A DNA stretch of 61,966 nucleotides, counting the filler, from Nemertoderma westbladi (Eukaryota > Animalia > Xenacoelomorpha): NCBI GenBank assembly GCA_032718475.1. It is 3 parts of 3 records of this genome, joined end to end, with 100 filler letters (N's around TTAATTAATTAA, not from the genome) between each part and the next. Parts side by side here need not be neighbours in the genome. Positions count along the whole stretch, not along the records: positions 43,715 to 61,966 come from JAUCBJ010001512.1; 2 more parts are not named here. The stretch is one strand, 5' to 3'. The translations under genes were made by a program, and so were the position numbers. The notes beneath the pieces were generated by a model, which saw nothing but the letters and a program-made list of their open reading frames with translations, was not told the DNA's origin and ran no database searches. Within the stretch, counting starts at the first letter, position 1. Each line of letters starts with the position of its first letter. This document shows positions 51,213-61,966 of this stretch, piece by piece.

Positions 51213-53011
51213 GGGTCGTTTGCACAATTAGTGGCCAAATTCAAGGTTAACAATTTTTTTTTCGCCAACCCTATCTAAGCGAAGTGGTGATTTTTTTCTA
51301 CCAATAGTAAAAAGGTTATGGACGAAAAACGTATGTCTCGTCGGTAACGCTTTGTCTTCGGTAACGCTTTGTCTTCGGTAACGCTTTGTCTTCGGTAACG
51401 CTTTGTCTCATATAAATTTCCTTGTTTAAACATGCGTTACGTTTTGGACATGTCTCACCTGTAACGAAAGTGTAACGACAGTTTATTTGCGTTACATATT
51501 TATGTGCATGCTTTACAAGTGAGACAGCGTTACAATGCGTTACATACCGTTACGTGCAGGACAATTGGGAACATGCTTAGCAATCTCATTGGGTTAAAGG
51601 GAAAGCTTGACCTTGTATGTCATTAGATAGCGCCTTCAGAAACGGTCTAAAAAAACTTTAAATGAAGTAAATCCGATTTGTAGAAGAAAAGTTAGAGCGA
51701 AAATAAGGGCGTTACAAGGGAGACATTTCCAATAACTTAAAAAACTGCTTGGTTAACTTTTGGGCATAATTTCTGTTAGACTTATCGTTTCGCATTCAAT
51801 CGTATATATACGGATAGCCAATAAAATTATCTTTCGGAAAATACTTACCTTGACACATACACACACATTTCACACTCAAAAGTTATCTTTAAAAAACGAG
51901 TGTTACAACACATGAAAAATTTATAAAATTTTATAGCTATTTTTATTGCTTCAAAAACAAATTTGAAAGAAGTGTACCCGAATAACGAATAGTACTGGAT
52001 TGTAGATCACGAAATACGCTTTTGGCCGTTATATATTTTACTGGAAGTATCTCTTACTGACATTTGGTTATGATTGTTTGTAACTCAAAAACATAGAATG
52101 GGACATCGCATAAAATGTCTTTTCATGCTAGTAATCCGATAGAAATATATGTCAAATTGCTTAAAACCAATGCCAAAAAATGGGCGAAAATTAACTCTAC
52201 AGAAGAAATATATAAAGGTTTATAAGGTTATGGTTATTTTATGTCGAGTTATGGCTTATAAAATGGCGAAATTACAGGGGACGGCAATTTGGCCACTTAT
52301 TTATGGCGTCTCAAAAGGATCAAAATTATAACAATTACTGCAGTCTTTGAAATAATATAATAGTGTATGCAAATAATTAAATCACTTATGAAAATATTTA
52401 CATTACTTATGAAAAATTTAAAAGATGCCCAATTGTTATTGCGGCAATAAATATGGCCCAGTGGGTTAAGGCGCCACTCCTGATTTACACTATTGATAAC
52501 TGGCGCAGGTTCGATTTCAACATTGGCTATTATTATTTCGTTCAATCTTTGGAGGGTCAAGGGAGCCGCCTCAGTTCACATACCAGTGCACCATTATTTT
52601 TATCTTCTATGTATATGTACTTAACATTAATCATAGAACCTAGCAACCAATGAAATCTCTTCGCTACCACTGCGTTTGTAACTGAGGCGGCTCCCTTGAC
52701 CCTCTAAAGATTGAACGAAATAATAATAGCCATATGTTGAAATCGAATCTGCGCCAGTTACCAATAGTGTAAATCAGGAGTGGCGCCTTAACCCACTGGG
52801 CCATATTTATTGCCGCAATAATTGTTTATTGCCGCAATAAATTATTTATTGCGCAATAACAATTGGGTTTCTTTAAAATATTTCATGAATAATGTTAATA
52901 TTTTCATAAGTGATTTAATTATTTGCATACACTATTATATTATTTCATAGACTACAGTAATGTTATGATTTTGATCCTTTTGAGTCGCCATACTTATTGT
53001 GCAAACGACCC
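51213..53011. mobile_element. Non-autonomous DNA transposon, Sola2-like (GGG..CCC termini, 4-bp TSD AACC)
   Basis: TIR GGGTCGTTTGCACAATTAGTGGCCAAATT; the right TIR is restored by removing 52302-52998. AACC at 51209-51212 and 53012-53015. Internal GTAACG repeats. Confidence 0.75.
52302..52992. mobile_element. Foldback non-autonomous DNA transposon, IS3EU-like (TAT..ATA termini, 6-bp TSD CTTATT)
   Basis: Arms 52302-52576 and 52680-52992 are reverse complements; CTTATT at 52296-52301 and 52993-52998. Confidence 0.8.
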
Positions 53012-53309
53012 AACCATGGAGAGCATTGATTTGATTACCAAATTTATTTACTTAGCGGTTTTTAGTTTTTAACACATTTAACAAAACAAAACAAATAAGT
53101 AGACAGGCAACGCAACCAAATTTAATAAAACCTTAATAATAAATATTTCAAGATACACCCCCATGCGGGGTAAAAGAGGTACCGATAAAAATTCAGAGTA
53201 AAATAATCGTAAGATAATAAAATCACAAATATAATTACGAATTCTTCATTTGACTAACTTGGCTGATGCAATCTCTAATAATAATTTATAATGTAAATAA
53301 ATTACCCAC

Positions 53310-53851
53310 CTGTTTCCCTGAGTACTGATGTTTCGGTACACTGCGTAGTCCGGGTGGAGACGCTGATCCGCTCTCGCTCCGGGACGGTTTAAACCTCCGC
53401 AACCATCCGGCACTGCCGTCCGCGCGTCTCGGCAAGGTGAACCCCTCAACCACCCCAACCTGGGGCCCGGAATCCGGCCCGGAAGACGGATCCAAAACGT
53501 ACATCTTTCCGCCTTCCTCGCCGCCCGCCACTGTGCTGAAATACTCCGAGATGAACTGCATGGATCGTCGGTGGACCGGCTTACCTGGATCCTCGGGGGC
53601 TTCCGACGTCGGACTGGCGTCGGTGTCGGAGGCGCTGGCGGGCGGTACGAGGGGCCGATCGGTAGCGGGTCGATTACACGTGGGTCGCTCCGCGGACGGG
53701 ATCGCGTAGGACACCCCGGGGCCGTGCGCACCGCCTGGAGGCGGTAAGTTTTGCTGGGAGCCCAGAGGGGATCCTTGCATTGAGAATTGAGTTCGAGAGT
53801 TTGATGGAGATAAAGTGTCGGATGTATCACTAATCGTTATGGCGTTATTGG
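53310..53851 (-). CDS. Internal coding exon of the unidentified minus-strand gene
   Basis: GC-rich open frame (ORF 53286-53870), acceptor TTTTTCAG, donor CAG|GTGGGT; phase 1 in, phase 0 out. Confidence 0.75.
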
Positions 53852-54037
53852 CTGAAAAATAAATAAACATAATAAACTGACAGACAGGACAGTGACGTTG
53901 AATTGAAACTAATTACAATTTAACGCGAGATGCTCTTGCCACTTTAATTCGCACGTCACATGAACGTTTGTTAACCTCCATCCAGCTCCAAAATAGATTA
54001 ACAGTCTAATTAATACCGGGAAGATTTCATGACTCAC

Positions 54038-55717
54038 CTGATTTACCTTCCTCGTGTTTACAAGCTGAGCGATATGATTGGTTGAGAGCGTTCTGCCGCG
54101 ACAACTTGCTGCTGTCGTTGAGGCTATCCTTCCGCTGCACCGTCTGCTGACTTCCCTCTTCGTCCGACTTCTCTCCCAACGAGACAGCCCGGTACAGCGG
54201 GGGTCCCATCGGATTGGCTCGCAGTTGCGTCACCACATAGTTCCCCCCTTTGTTCGCGGCGCCACTGTCCTGCTGTTGCCGCGATACCGCGTACAGAGAC
54301 AAGGACGTCTCCTCGTTGATGGAACGCTTCCGTTCCTGCTGAATCCGCTGCAGCATTCTATCCGGTTCCTCCGGCTGTTGGAACAGTTTTACTCTATCGA
54401 TAATCCGGCCGTCCGAGGAATGCGACCTGGTCTCCAGACGTTTCGGCGCCAAAGACCCCGTCTTGATTATCTGTTTCTCATCGACTTTTATAGACGAGGT
54501 GTTAAAGGAATCCCTTAGATTGCTAACCTTCTTGCTAGCCAATAGCATCCCTTTATCGCGGCTGTGTTGTTTGGACAGACCGCTGTAGGGACCGGCATTG
54601 GTAGACGTAACCGATGTCTTTATAACGAGTCGGGTTTCCGGGGAAACCACATCCTGCCTTTGCGATTCTAGAATTTTATCGGCGGTGGTCTTTATCGTGA
54701 CTGGTTTACCGGATGTGACAGAAGTCAGTGATTTGGAGGGGGAAGAGACTAAACCGGTGGTGGCTGGTTGCAGTCGTCCGGGGGCCGAGGAACCGGAAGG
54801 GAGGTGGACCAGACTGCGGGATTTACGTTCCGCACCGTGGAACGGCGGAACGGCCTTGAAGGACCCGTGGAGCGACAATCGATCACGTTGCTGGCGACTC
54901 ATTCGCGAGTGAAGGCGCTCGTCCCGTAACTCGATCTTTAAGATTTCTTCCGGAAGGATTTGTTTCTTCCAGACAGGGCTGAATCCACCGTTACTTAGCA
55001 ACAAGGGATCTTCCATCGATGTAGCACCTGTTGCCATGACGGCCGCATCGTCCTGAGCTAATCCCAAGCGTTGCTCCTCCAGTTTAATGAGCTCCTTATC
55101 GGACAGGGTGAACTCGACCGGCTGCTCTACAATCGGCGGTTTCTGTTTCCAGACCGGTGAATCGACTGCGTCGGTAACGGAGAGACGACCGCTCGTTGTT
55201 TTCCCGCCGAAATAAAGTTGGGGCGGTTGTTTGTAAGATTTCGGAATAGTGGCGCTGTCCGCTGGAGTTTCGCCCCGTTTCGTGCCGTTTAGTCGCGGTA
55301 TCGTAGCAACGCGTTCGTTTCTTCTCTCGGTTTCGTCCATCGAGGTCGCTGTTGGCTCGACGGCGTTGGTCTGTCGCGCGATTGGTTCGATGAACTTTTC
55401 CGAATCAGCCACACACTCCGGTTCTATTCCGTTCTCCTCTGTTATGTCCGTCGCGTTGTCGTCCAGGATCGCCGACTCCCGTGCGCCATCCAGCGGTGGG
55501 AGCGGGGCATCCGCGTCCACGGTCTCCTTTATCTGGTTGTAGATCGTTTCCGTTTTCAGTTCCGCTTGTTCCCGCAGGAGGGAACCACGACTTTTGTTCC
55601 TTTCCGACAACGATAACTCGAGAATTCTCGCCGATAAATCTTCGGCTAGGGATGTCGCGACCGCCGGACCAGCCGGACTGGTTGCTATGATAGCGGCTGA
55701 TGTCCCTTCCTCCGCAG
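54038..55717 (-). CDS. Large internal coding exon (~560 aa, disordered Ser/Thr/charged-rich) of the unidentified gene
   Basis: Frame of ORF 54027-55610 stays open up to the acceptor TTTGTTTAACAG at 55718. Donors GTGAGT (exon end 54038) or GTAAAT (54047) are both phase 1 and compatible with the next exon. Confidence 0.8.
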
Positions 55718-56402
55718 CTGTTAAACAAAAACAAATTAATTAATACACAATACATTGATTTAGGTGATTGCATTATTAAATTATTTTCGTGTTATTTGTC
55801 GTGTACTTTCGATTCGCTTCTGTAGATTTATCCATAGTGGACCGGTAGCCTAGTTTTTACTACTTTAGTTTCAGTTTGGATTAATCTTTCATTCGTACAG
55901 ATTGCCCGATTTATCTCACATGTATATATCCCTACTTACTTATTTATTATTTTTACTGATAATCTTTGTATATTTCATATAATGATAAAAAATCAGTTTA
56001 GCTGTCACAATTACGCCAATAAGTACGCTTGTAAATGCCATGATAATATCTTAATTGAATATAAAATATATAAACTTAATTATTATTATCTTACATTAAA
56101 ATAACATTTAATCAACCCGTCACCAATTCGCCTTAGCTCTTTTTCTCTCTGCTCAACTCTTCAGTCCACACACCTACTCACACACCCACACCCCCCCCCC
56201 CCCCCCCCTCCCAATTCCAATCTTCAGCTGACTCACACAATACCAATAATATCACACAAAAAAAACACCACATCATCACGTCCACCCTCACATCCCCCTA
56301 GTTCGCCTGGTCTCCATCCATATCTGACAAAGGGTCTGTGGGAGCTCAGGTTCTAGATCTTAATCACTACTACCAGTAATAACTAGCCCCATATCTATCC
56401 AA

Positions 56403-56445
56403 ACCACGTACGCGTTTCGACCTTACTGGGTCTCGTCAGCGTGGT
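56403..56445 (-). ncRNA. Minimal type I hammerhead ribozyme
   Basis: ACCACG-CUGACGA-GACC-CAGUAA-GGUC-GAAA-CGCG-UA-CGUGGU: complete core, 6-bp stem I, 4-bp stem II, palindromic 1-bp stem III and GUA cleavage triplet. Confidence 0.9.
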
Positions 56446-56509
56446 GTCGAATTCGAACCTGGGACCTCGAGGTTGAAGTCGAGACAACAACCACTAGGCC
56501 ACAGGTTCT
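56446..56509 (-). promoter_or_regulatory. tRNA-derived Pol III internal promoter (SINE-type head) fused to the hammerhead
   Basis: A box TGGCCTAGTGG (56501-56491), anticodon-arm-like CTCGA/TCGAG stem and B box GGTTCGAATTC (56459-56449). Confidence 0.75.
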
Positions 56510-56831
56510 TGAGATATGGAGTATTAATTTCAAAGCCAGCTGCCATTTTAGCTGCCATTTAGCCCCTGATTTTTATTATTAATATTAACAGTGTGTTGGC
56601 AAGAGATATAAGATATTAATTTCAATAAAAATTACGCTATTCCTAAATTTGTACACTACCCGGTTAAAAAGTACGCATGTCTGGGATTAGTCCTACAATT
56701 GCGCCAATAAAAGATAAGTTATTTTCGGTAAAATAAACTTTAATAAAAGGTTAAGACCCTTAGATCTCTTCTTATAATAAATGTCCAGGCTGCCCCCTGG
56801 CCAACCAGTTCACAACCTTCATTGACTTACT

Positions 56832-58103
56832 CCGTGGAAATCAGAATGGGTTCCGTAAAGGTCGTGGGACCATGGAGCCCATTTTGGCACTTAGAAGGGT
56901 AATTGAAGAGTTATCAAAAAAGAAAGACAGGCATCTGGCTGTTATCTTTGTTGACTTCTTCAAGGCCTTTGATTCAGTCTCTCGTTCACTTATGTTCAGC
57001 ATACTATCATTATATGGGATTCCTGATGAAATTATTGCAGCAATCAAATCAGTATACGATGGTTCGACAACATTTGTGTCTACTGTTGACGGTGACACAG
57101 AACCATTTGAAGTATTATGAGGCGTCCTCCAGGGAGACACACTTGAACCATTCTTGTTCATAATTGTGGTTGACTATGTTCTACGCATGTCCTTAGATCA
57201 TCATAATGATGATGGGGTGATGATAACTCCACCTACGGGTACCAGAAATCGAGGAAATCCTGCCAAGTACCTAACTGATCTAGACTTTGCTGATGACTTA
57301 GGAGTACTCTCAGAATCACTAGAGGGAGCCCAACGGTTCCTCAGCTCATTAGAACATGTTGCTTCTAGTGTTGGTCTTTTTATTAACTCTAGAAAGACCA
57401 AAATTTTGACAGCTAATTTTGAAAGTCCTCAGCAAGTCTCTGATCGGATGAGCATAAGCTCAAAGGATGGTATGCTTGAGCATGTGGATGACTTCTGTTA
57501 CCTGGGATCATGGATCCGGAAGTCAGGTGAGGAGCTTCGAATACGTAAGGTAAAGGCATGGGCAGCCTTGAATATGCTTTCCAGGATTTGGAAGTCACCG
57601 AGAATTAATCGGAAACTTAAGGTCCGAATATTTAGAGCAGCAGTAGTGCCAGTACTCCTCTATGGGAGTCCATGCTGGGCTCTAACTGCTGAGGACACCA
57701 AATCTCTGGATTGCACATTCACAAGAATGCTACGCCGGGTTCATTGTGTCAAGTACAATACACACATCTCCAACCAGACACTATATAACATTGGAGGTGT
57801 TTCATTGGTTCCCCCAAGCTTGACACTAGAACAAAATCGCCTCCGCTTTGCAGGGCATTGCTTTCGCCGTGAGGACCAGCCAGTGCATAATCTTGTACTT
57901 TGGCAGCCTCATGGAGTGAATAAGCATGGTGGGCAGCCCATGACTTTCTTGAGACGCATCTTAAAGTACACTGGCCTTGAAGATGCGGATGATCTAACAA
58001 ATGTCATGGGTGATAGGGAGTTGTGGCGGCGCAATTTTGTCGACAAGCCGGCACAGCATTCTTAAAAATGCAGCTTCAATGCAGTATGCCGATCCTAGTA
58101 GTA
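56832..58103 (+). mobile_element. 5'-truncated RTE-like LINE with 8-bp TSD GACTTACT
   Basis: RT motifs QNGFRKGR, FVDFFKAFDSV, GVLQGDTL and DLDFADDL. One in-frame TGA at 57118-57120, a (TAG)n tail, and TSD at 56824-56831 and 58104-58111. Confidence 0.92.
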
Positions 58104-60760
58104 GACTTACTAGAATCTGAGACCCATGCTGCCCCTGGCCAACCACTCCCCAACCTTCAGTGACTTACTAGAATCTGAGACCCAGACTGCCCCCTGGCCA
58201 ACCACCCCTCAACCTTCATTGACTTACTAGAATCCTGAGACCCATGCTGCCCCCTGGCCAACCACTCCCCAACCTTCAGTGACTTACTAGAATCCTGAGA
58301 CCCATGCTGCCCCCTGGCCAACCACTCCCCAACCTTCAGTGACTTACTAGAATCTGAGACCCAGACTGCCCCCTGGACAACCACCCCTCAACCTTCATTG
58401 ACTTACTAGAATCCTGAGACCCATGCTGCCCCCTGGCCAACCACTCCCCAACCTTCATTGACTTACTAGAATCCTGAGCCCAGCTACCCCATGGCCAACC
58501 ACTCCTCAACCTACATTGACTTACTAGAATCTCGAGACCCAGGCTGCCCCCTGGCCAACCACTCCTCAACCTTCAGTGACTTACTAGAATCCTGAGACCC
58601 ATGCTGCCCCCTGGCCAACCACTCCTCAACCTTCAGTGACTTACTAGAATCTGAGACCCAGACTGCCCCCTGGCCAACCACCCCTCAACCTTCATTGACT
58701 TACTAGAATCCTGAGACCCATGCTGCCCCCTGGCCAACCACTCCCCAACCTTCATTGACTTACTAGAATCCTGAGCCCAGCTGCCCCATGGCCAACCACT
58801 CCTCAACCTACATTGACTTACTAGAATTTCGAGACCCAGGCTGCCCCCTGGCCAACCACTCCTCAACCTTCATTGACTTACTAGAATCTGAGACCCATGC
58901 TACCCCCTGGCCAACCACTCCCCAAACTTCAGTGACTTACTAGAATCCTGAGACCCAGACTGCCCCCTGGCCAACCACTCTTCAACCTTCATTGACTTCC
59001 CAGGCTGCCCCCTGGCCAACCACTCCCCAACCTTCAGTGACTTACTAGAATCCTGAGACCCAGACTGCCCCCTGGCCAACCACTCCTCAACCTTCATTGA
59101 CTTCCCAGGCTGCCCCCTGGCCAACCACTCATCAATCTTCATTGACTTACTAGAATCCTGAGACCCAGACTGCCCCCTGGCCAACCACTCCTCAACCTTC
59201 ATTGACTTCCCAGGCTGCCCCCTGGCCAACCACTCATCAATCTTCATTGACTTACTAGAATCCTGAGCCCAGCTGCCCCCTGGCCAACCACTCCTCAACC
59301 TTCATTGACTTACTAGAATCTGAGACCCATGCTACCTCTTGGCCAACCACTCCCCAACCTTCAGTGACTTACTAGAATCCTGAGACCCACACTGCCCCCT
59401 GGCCAACCACTCCTCAACCTTCATTGACTTCCCAGGCTGCCCCCTGGCCAACCACTCATCAACCTTCATTGACTTACTAGAATCCTGAGACCAAGGCTGC
59501 CTGCCCCCTGGCCAACCACTCCTCAACCTACATTGAATTACTAGGATCTCGAGACCCAGGCTGCCCCCTGGCCAACCACTCCTCAACCTTCATTGACTTC
59601 CCAGGCTGCCCCCTGGCCAACCACTCATCAATCTTCATTGACTTACTAGAATCCTGAGCCCAGCTGCCCCCTGGCCAACCACTCCTCAACCTTCATTGAC
59701 TTACTAGAATCTGAGACCCATGCTACCCCCTGGCCAACCACTCCCCAACCTTCAGTGACTTACTAGAATACTGAGACCCAGACTGCCCCCTGGCCAACCA
59801 CTCCTCAACCTTCATTGACTTCCCAGGCTGCCCCATGGCCAACCACTCATCAACCTTCATTGACTTACTAGAATCCTGAGACCAAGGCTGCCTGCCCCCT
59901 GGCCAACCACTCCTCAACCTACATTGACTTACTAGAATCCTGAGACCCAGGCTGCCCCCTGGCCAACCACTCATCAACCTTCATTGACTTACTAGAATCT
60001 CGAGACCCAGACTGCCCCCTGGCCAACCACTCCTCAACCTTCATTGACTTCCCAGGCTGCCCCCTGGCCAACCACTCATCAACCTTCATTGACTTACTAG
60101 AATCCTGAGACCCAGGCTGCCCGCTGGCCAACCACTCATCAACCTTCATTGACTTACTAGAATCTCGAGACCCAGGCTGCCCCCTGGCCAACCACTCCTC
60201 AACCTTCATTGACTTCCCAGGCTGCCCCCTGGCCAACCACTCATCAACCTTCATTGACTTACTACAATCCTGAGACCCAGGCTGCCCCCTGGCCAACCAC
60301 TCCTCAACCTTCATTGACTTCCCAGGCTGCCCCCTGGCCAACCACTCATCAATCTTCAGTGACTTACTAGAATCCTGAGCCCAGCTGCCCCCTGGCCAAC
60401 CACTCCTCAACCTTCATTGACTTACTAGAATCTGAGACCCATGCTACCCCCTGGCCAACCACTCCCCAACCTTCAGTGACTTACTAGAATCCTGAGACCC
60501 AGACTGCCCCCTGGCCAACCACTCCTCAACCTTCATTGACTTCCCAGGCTGCCCCCTGGCCAACCACTCATCAACCTTCATTGACTTACTAGAATCCTGA
60601 GACCAAGGCTGCCTGCCCCCTGGCCAACCACTCCTCAACCTACATTGACTTACTAGAATCCTGAGACCCAGGCTGCCCCCTGGCCAACCACTCATCAACC
60701 TTCATTGACTTACTAGAATCCTGAGACCCAGGCTGCCCCCTGGCCAACCACTCCTCCACC
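58104..60760. repeat. ~59-bp intronic satellite (GACTTACTAGAATCCTGAGACCCAGGCTGCCCCCTGGCCAACCACTCCTCAACCTTCATT) with 45-bp deletion variants
   Basis: Directly visible; one more partial unit at 56785-56831 on the far side of the LINE. Confidence 0.95.
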
Positions 60761-60825
60761 TTTCTCACTGTGGTGATGTGTTGTGAACCGTCTCCAGTAC
60801 TCGACTGCCCTTCCATTGGGGTTGT
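60760..60825 (-). CDS. Possible short exon of the minus-strand gene
   Basis: Acceptor GTATTTGCAG and open frame TTPMEGQSSTGDGSQHITT(VRK), with donors GTGAGA or GTGGAG. The phase link to the 55717 exon is unresolved. Confidence 0.45.
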
Positions 60826-60859
60826 CTGCAAATACAATTAATTAAATACGGTGAGTGCA

Positions 60860-61093
60860 GGAGGGGCGGATCCGCGCGGAGGGGCGGATCCGCGCGGAGG
60901 GGCGGATCCGCGCGGAGGGGCGGATCCGCGCGGAGGGGCGGATCCGCGCGGAGGGGCGAATCCGCGCGGAGGGGCGGATCCGCGCGGAGGGGCGGATCCG
61001 CGCGGAGGGGCGGATCCGCGCGGAGGGGCGGATCCGCGCGGAGGGGCGGATCCGCGCGGAGGGGCGGATCCGCGCGGAGGGGCGGATCCGCGC
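60860..61093. repeat. 18-bp GC-rich minisatellite GGAGGGGCGGATCCGCGC x13
   Basis: Directly visible; one variant unit. Confidence 0.96.
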
Positions 61094-61626
61094 CTTGGCG
61101 AGTGGTGATCATAAAAAAATCTGTAAAACGCAATCAACTACAGATAAGAAATTAAAATGTTTAAAGAATTAAATGTATTTGATTTGTATCAGAATTGAAA
61201 AATTATGGATTAAACTGTGCAACGGAACAAATTGCATTAAGAAAACAACGCGATATGCCTCTGAACTTGGGAGAATTCCTCAAATTTATTGGGCGACATA
61301 CAAACCTTAGCAAATAACCTCAATCTAGATTTGTACTTTACGCGGCCATAGCATGACAATTTGCAATTTGTTAATAATGTAACTGTATGGGTTTCACGCC
61401 GTTTTGTGGGTTTTGATGGCACCAAAGCCCCATTGCTAATATAATAGGTTTACAGCTAAAGTGCGCGAAATATTCAAATGTTCAATGTGGAAAGCCCTTT
61501 ATACTTGTGTAATTAAAAGTGACAAGGGAAGAGCAAATTCTAATTAAAACTGCTTGGCAGTAAACAACTTAAATCCGACGCCACCCCCCACGAGGAGAAA
61601 ACTAAGTTCAATTAGGATAAACTCAC

Positions 61627-61830
61627 CTGGTAGTAGGCGTGATCGATGCCACCGAAACTATGGGAACGGGTTACCACAGCTGCCGTCTGCTGCTGTCTGT
61701 GTGTACTCAGTGCTTGCCTATCACGCTCGGCTTGGAGTAGAGTGATGGTCGCTTCCCGCTCCAATAAATGCCATTCTATATCGCCTATCTTATTATCCTT
61801 ATCCAACAAGGAGATATGGATTGCTGCCAG
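61627..61830 (-). CDS. Internal coding exon (coiled-coil-like) of the minus-strand gene
   Basis: Acceptor TTTATTTTAG and donor CAG|GTGAGT. Only phase 0 is open: LAAIHISLLDKDNKIGDIEWHLLEREATITLLQAERDRQ... Confidence 0.72.
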
Positions 61831-61966
61831 CTAAAATAAATACAAAAATACAGATAAAGGCAATTTCTGGGTAAAGTTGTCTGACTAGCAAACAGTTGGT
61901 TGTCCTAGAGTATAACTCTTGATGGCCGCTGGGGACACTAATGTATTAGGGTCAACCCACTCTCAA

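Noticed and set aside
56446-56509. tRNA-Sec or opal suppressor (CTTCAA loop)
   Set aside because: No acceptor stem or long variable arm, an 8-nt loop, and the T-stem 3' side is replaced by ribozyme sequence; better read as a SINE-type head.

Overview
AT-rich animal (probably invertebrate) genomic scaffold, heavily repetitive, with two 100-bp assembly gaps carrying a TTAATTAATTAA linker. Host genes: three intact single-exon CDSs (a GT32/DXD alpha-1,4-glycosyltransferase, the tRNA methyltransferase DNMT2/TRDMT1 and S-adenosylmethionine decarboxylase AMD1, the last two head-to-head) and several exons of an unidentified minus-strand coiled-coil/disordered protein gene (51-62 kb). The rest is satellites (5, 18, 22, 23, 25, 50 and ~59 bp units), RTE-like LINE fragments, a decayed BEL/Pao gag-protease, a LINE ORF1, tandem Helentron-type elements and several non-autonomous DNA transposons with readable TIRs/TSDs. 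Most interesting: (1) a minimal type I hammerhead ribozyme fused to a tRNA-like Pol III head, sense-oriented in an intron (56403-56509); (2) a chain of TAATG-coupled uORFs directly upstream of AMD1; (3) a CFT-to-SFT change in the DNMT2 signature motif; (4) an IS3EU-like foldback with inward-facing Pol III boxes nested in the TIR of a Sola2-like element. All calls are by eye; no searches were run.
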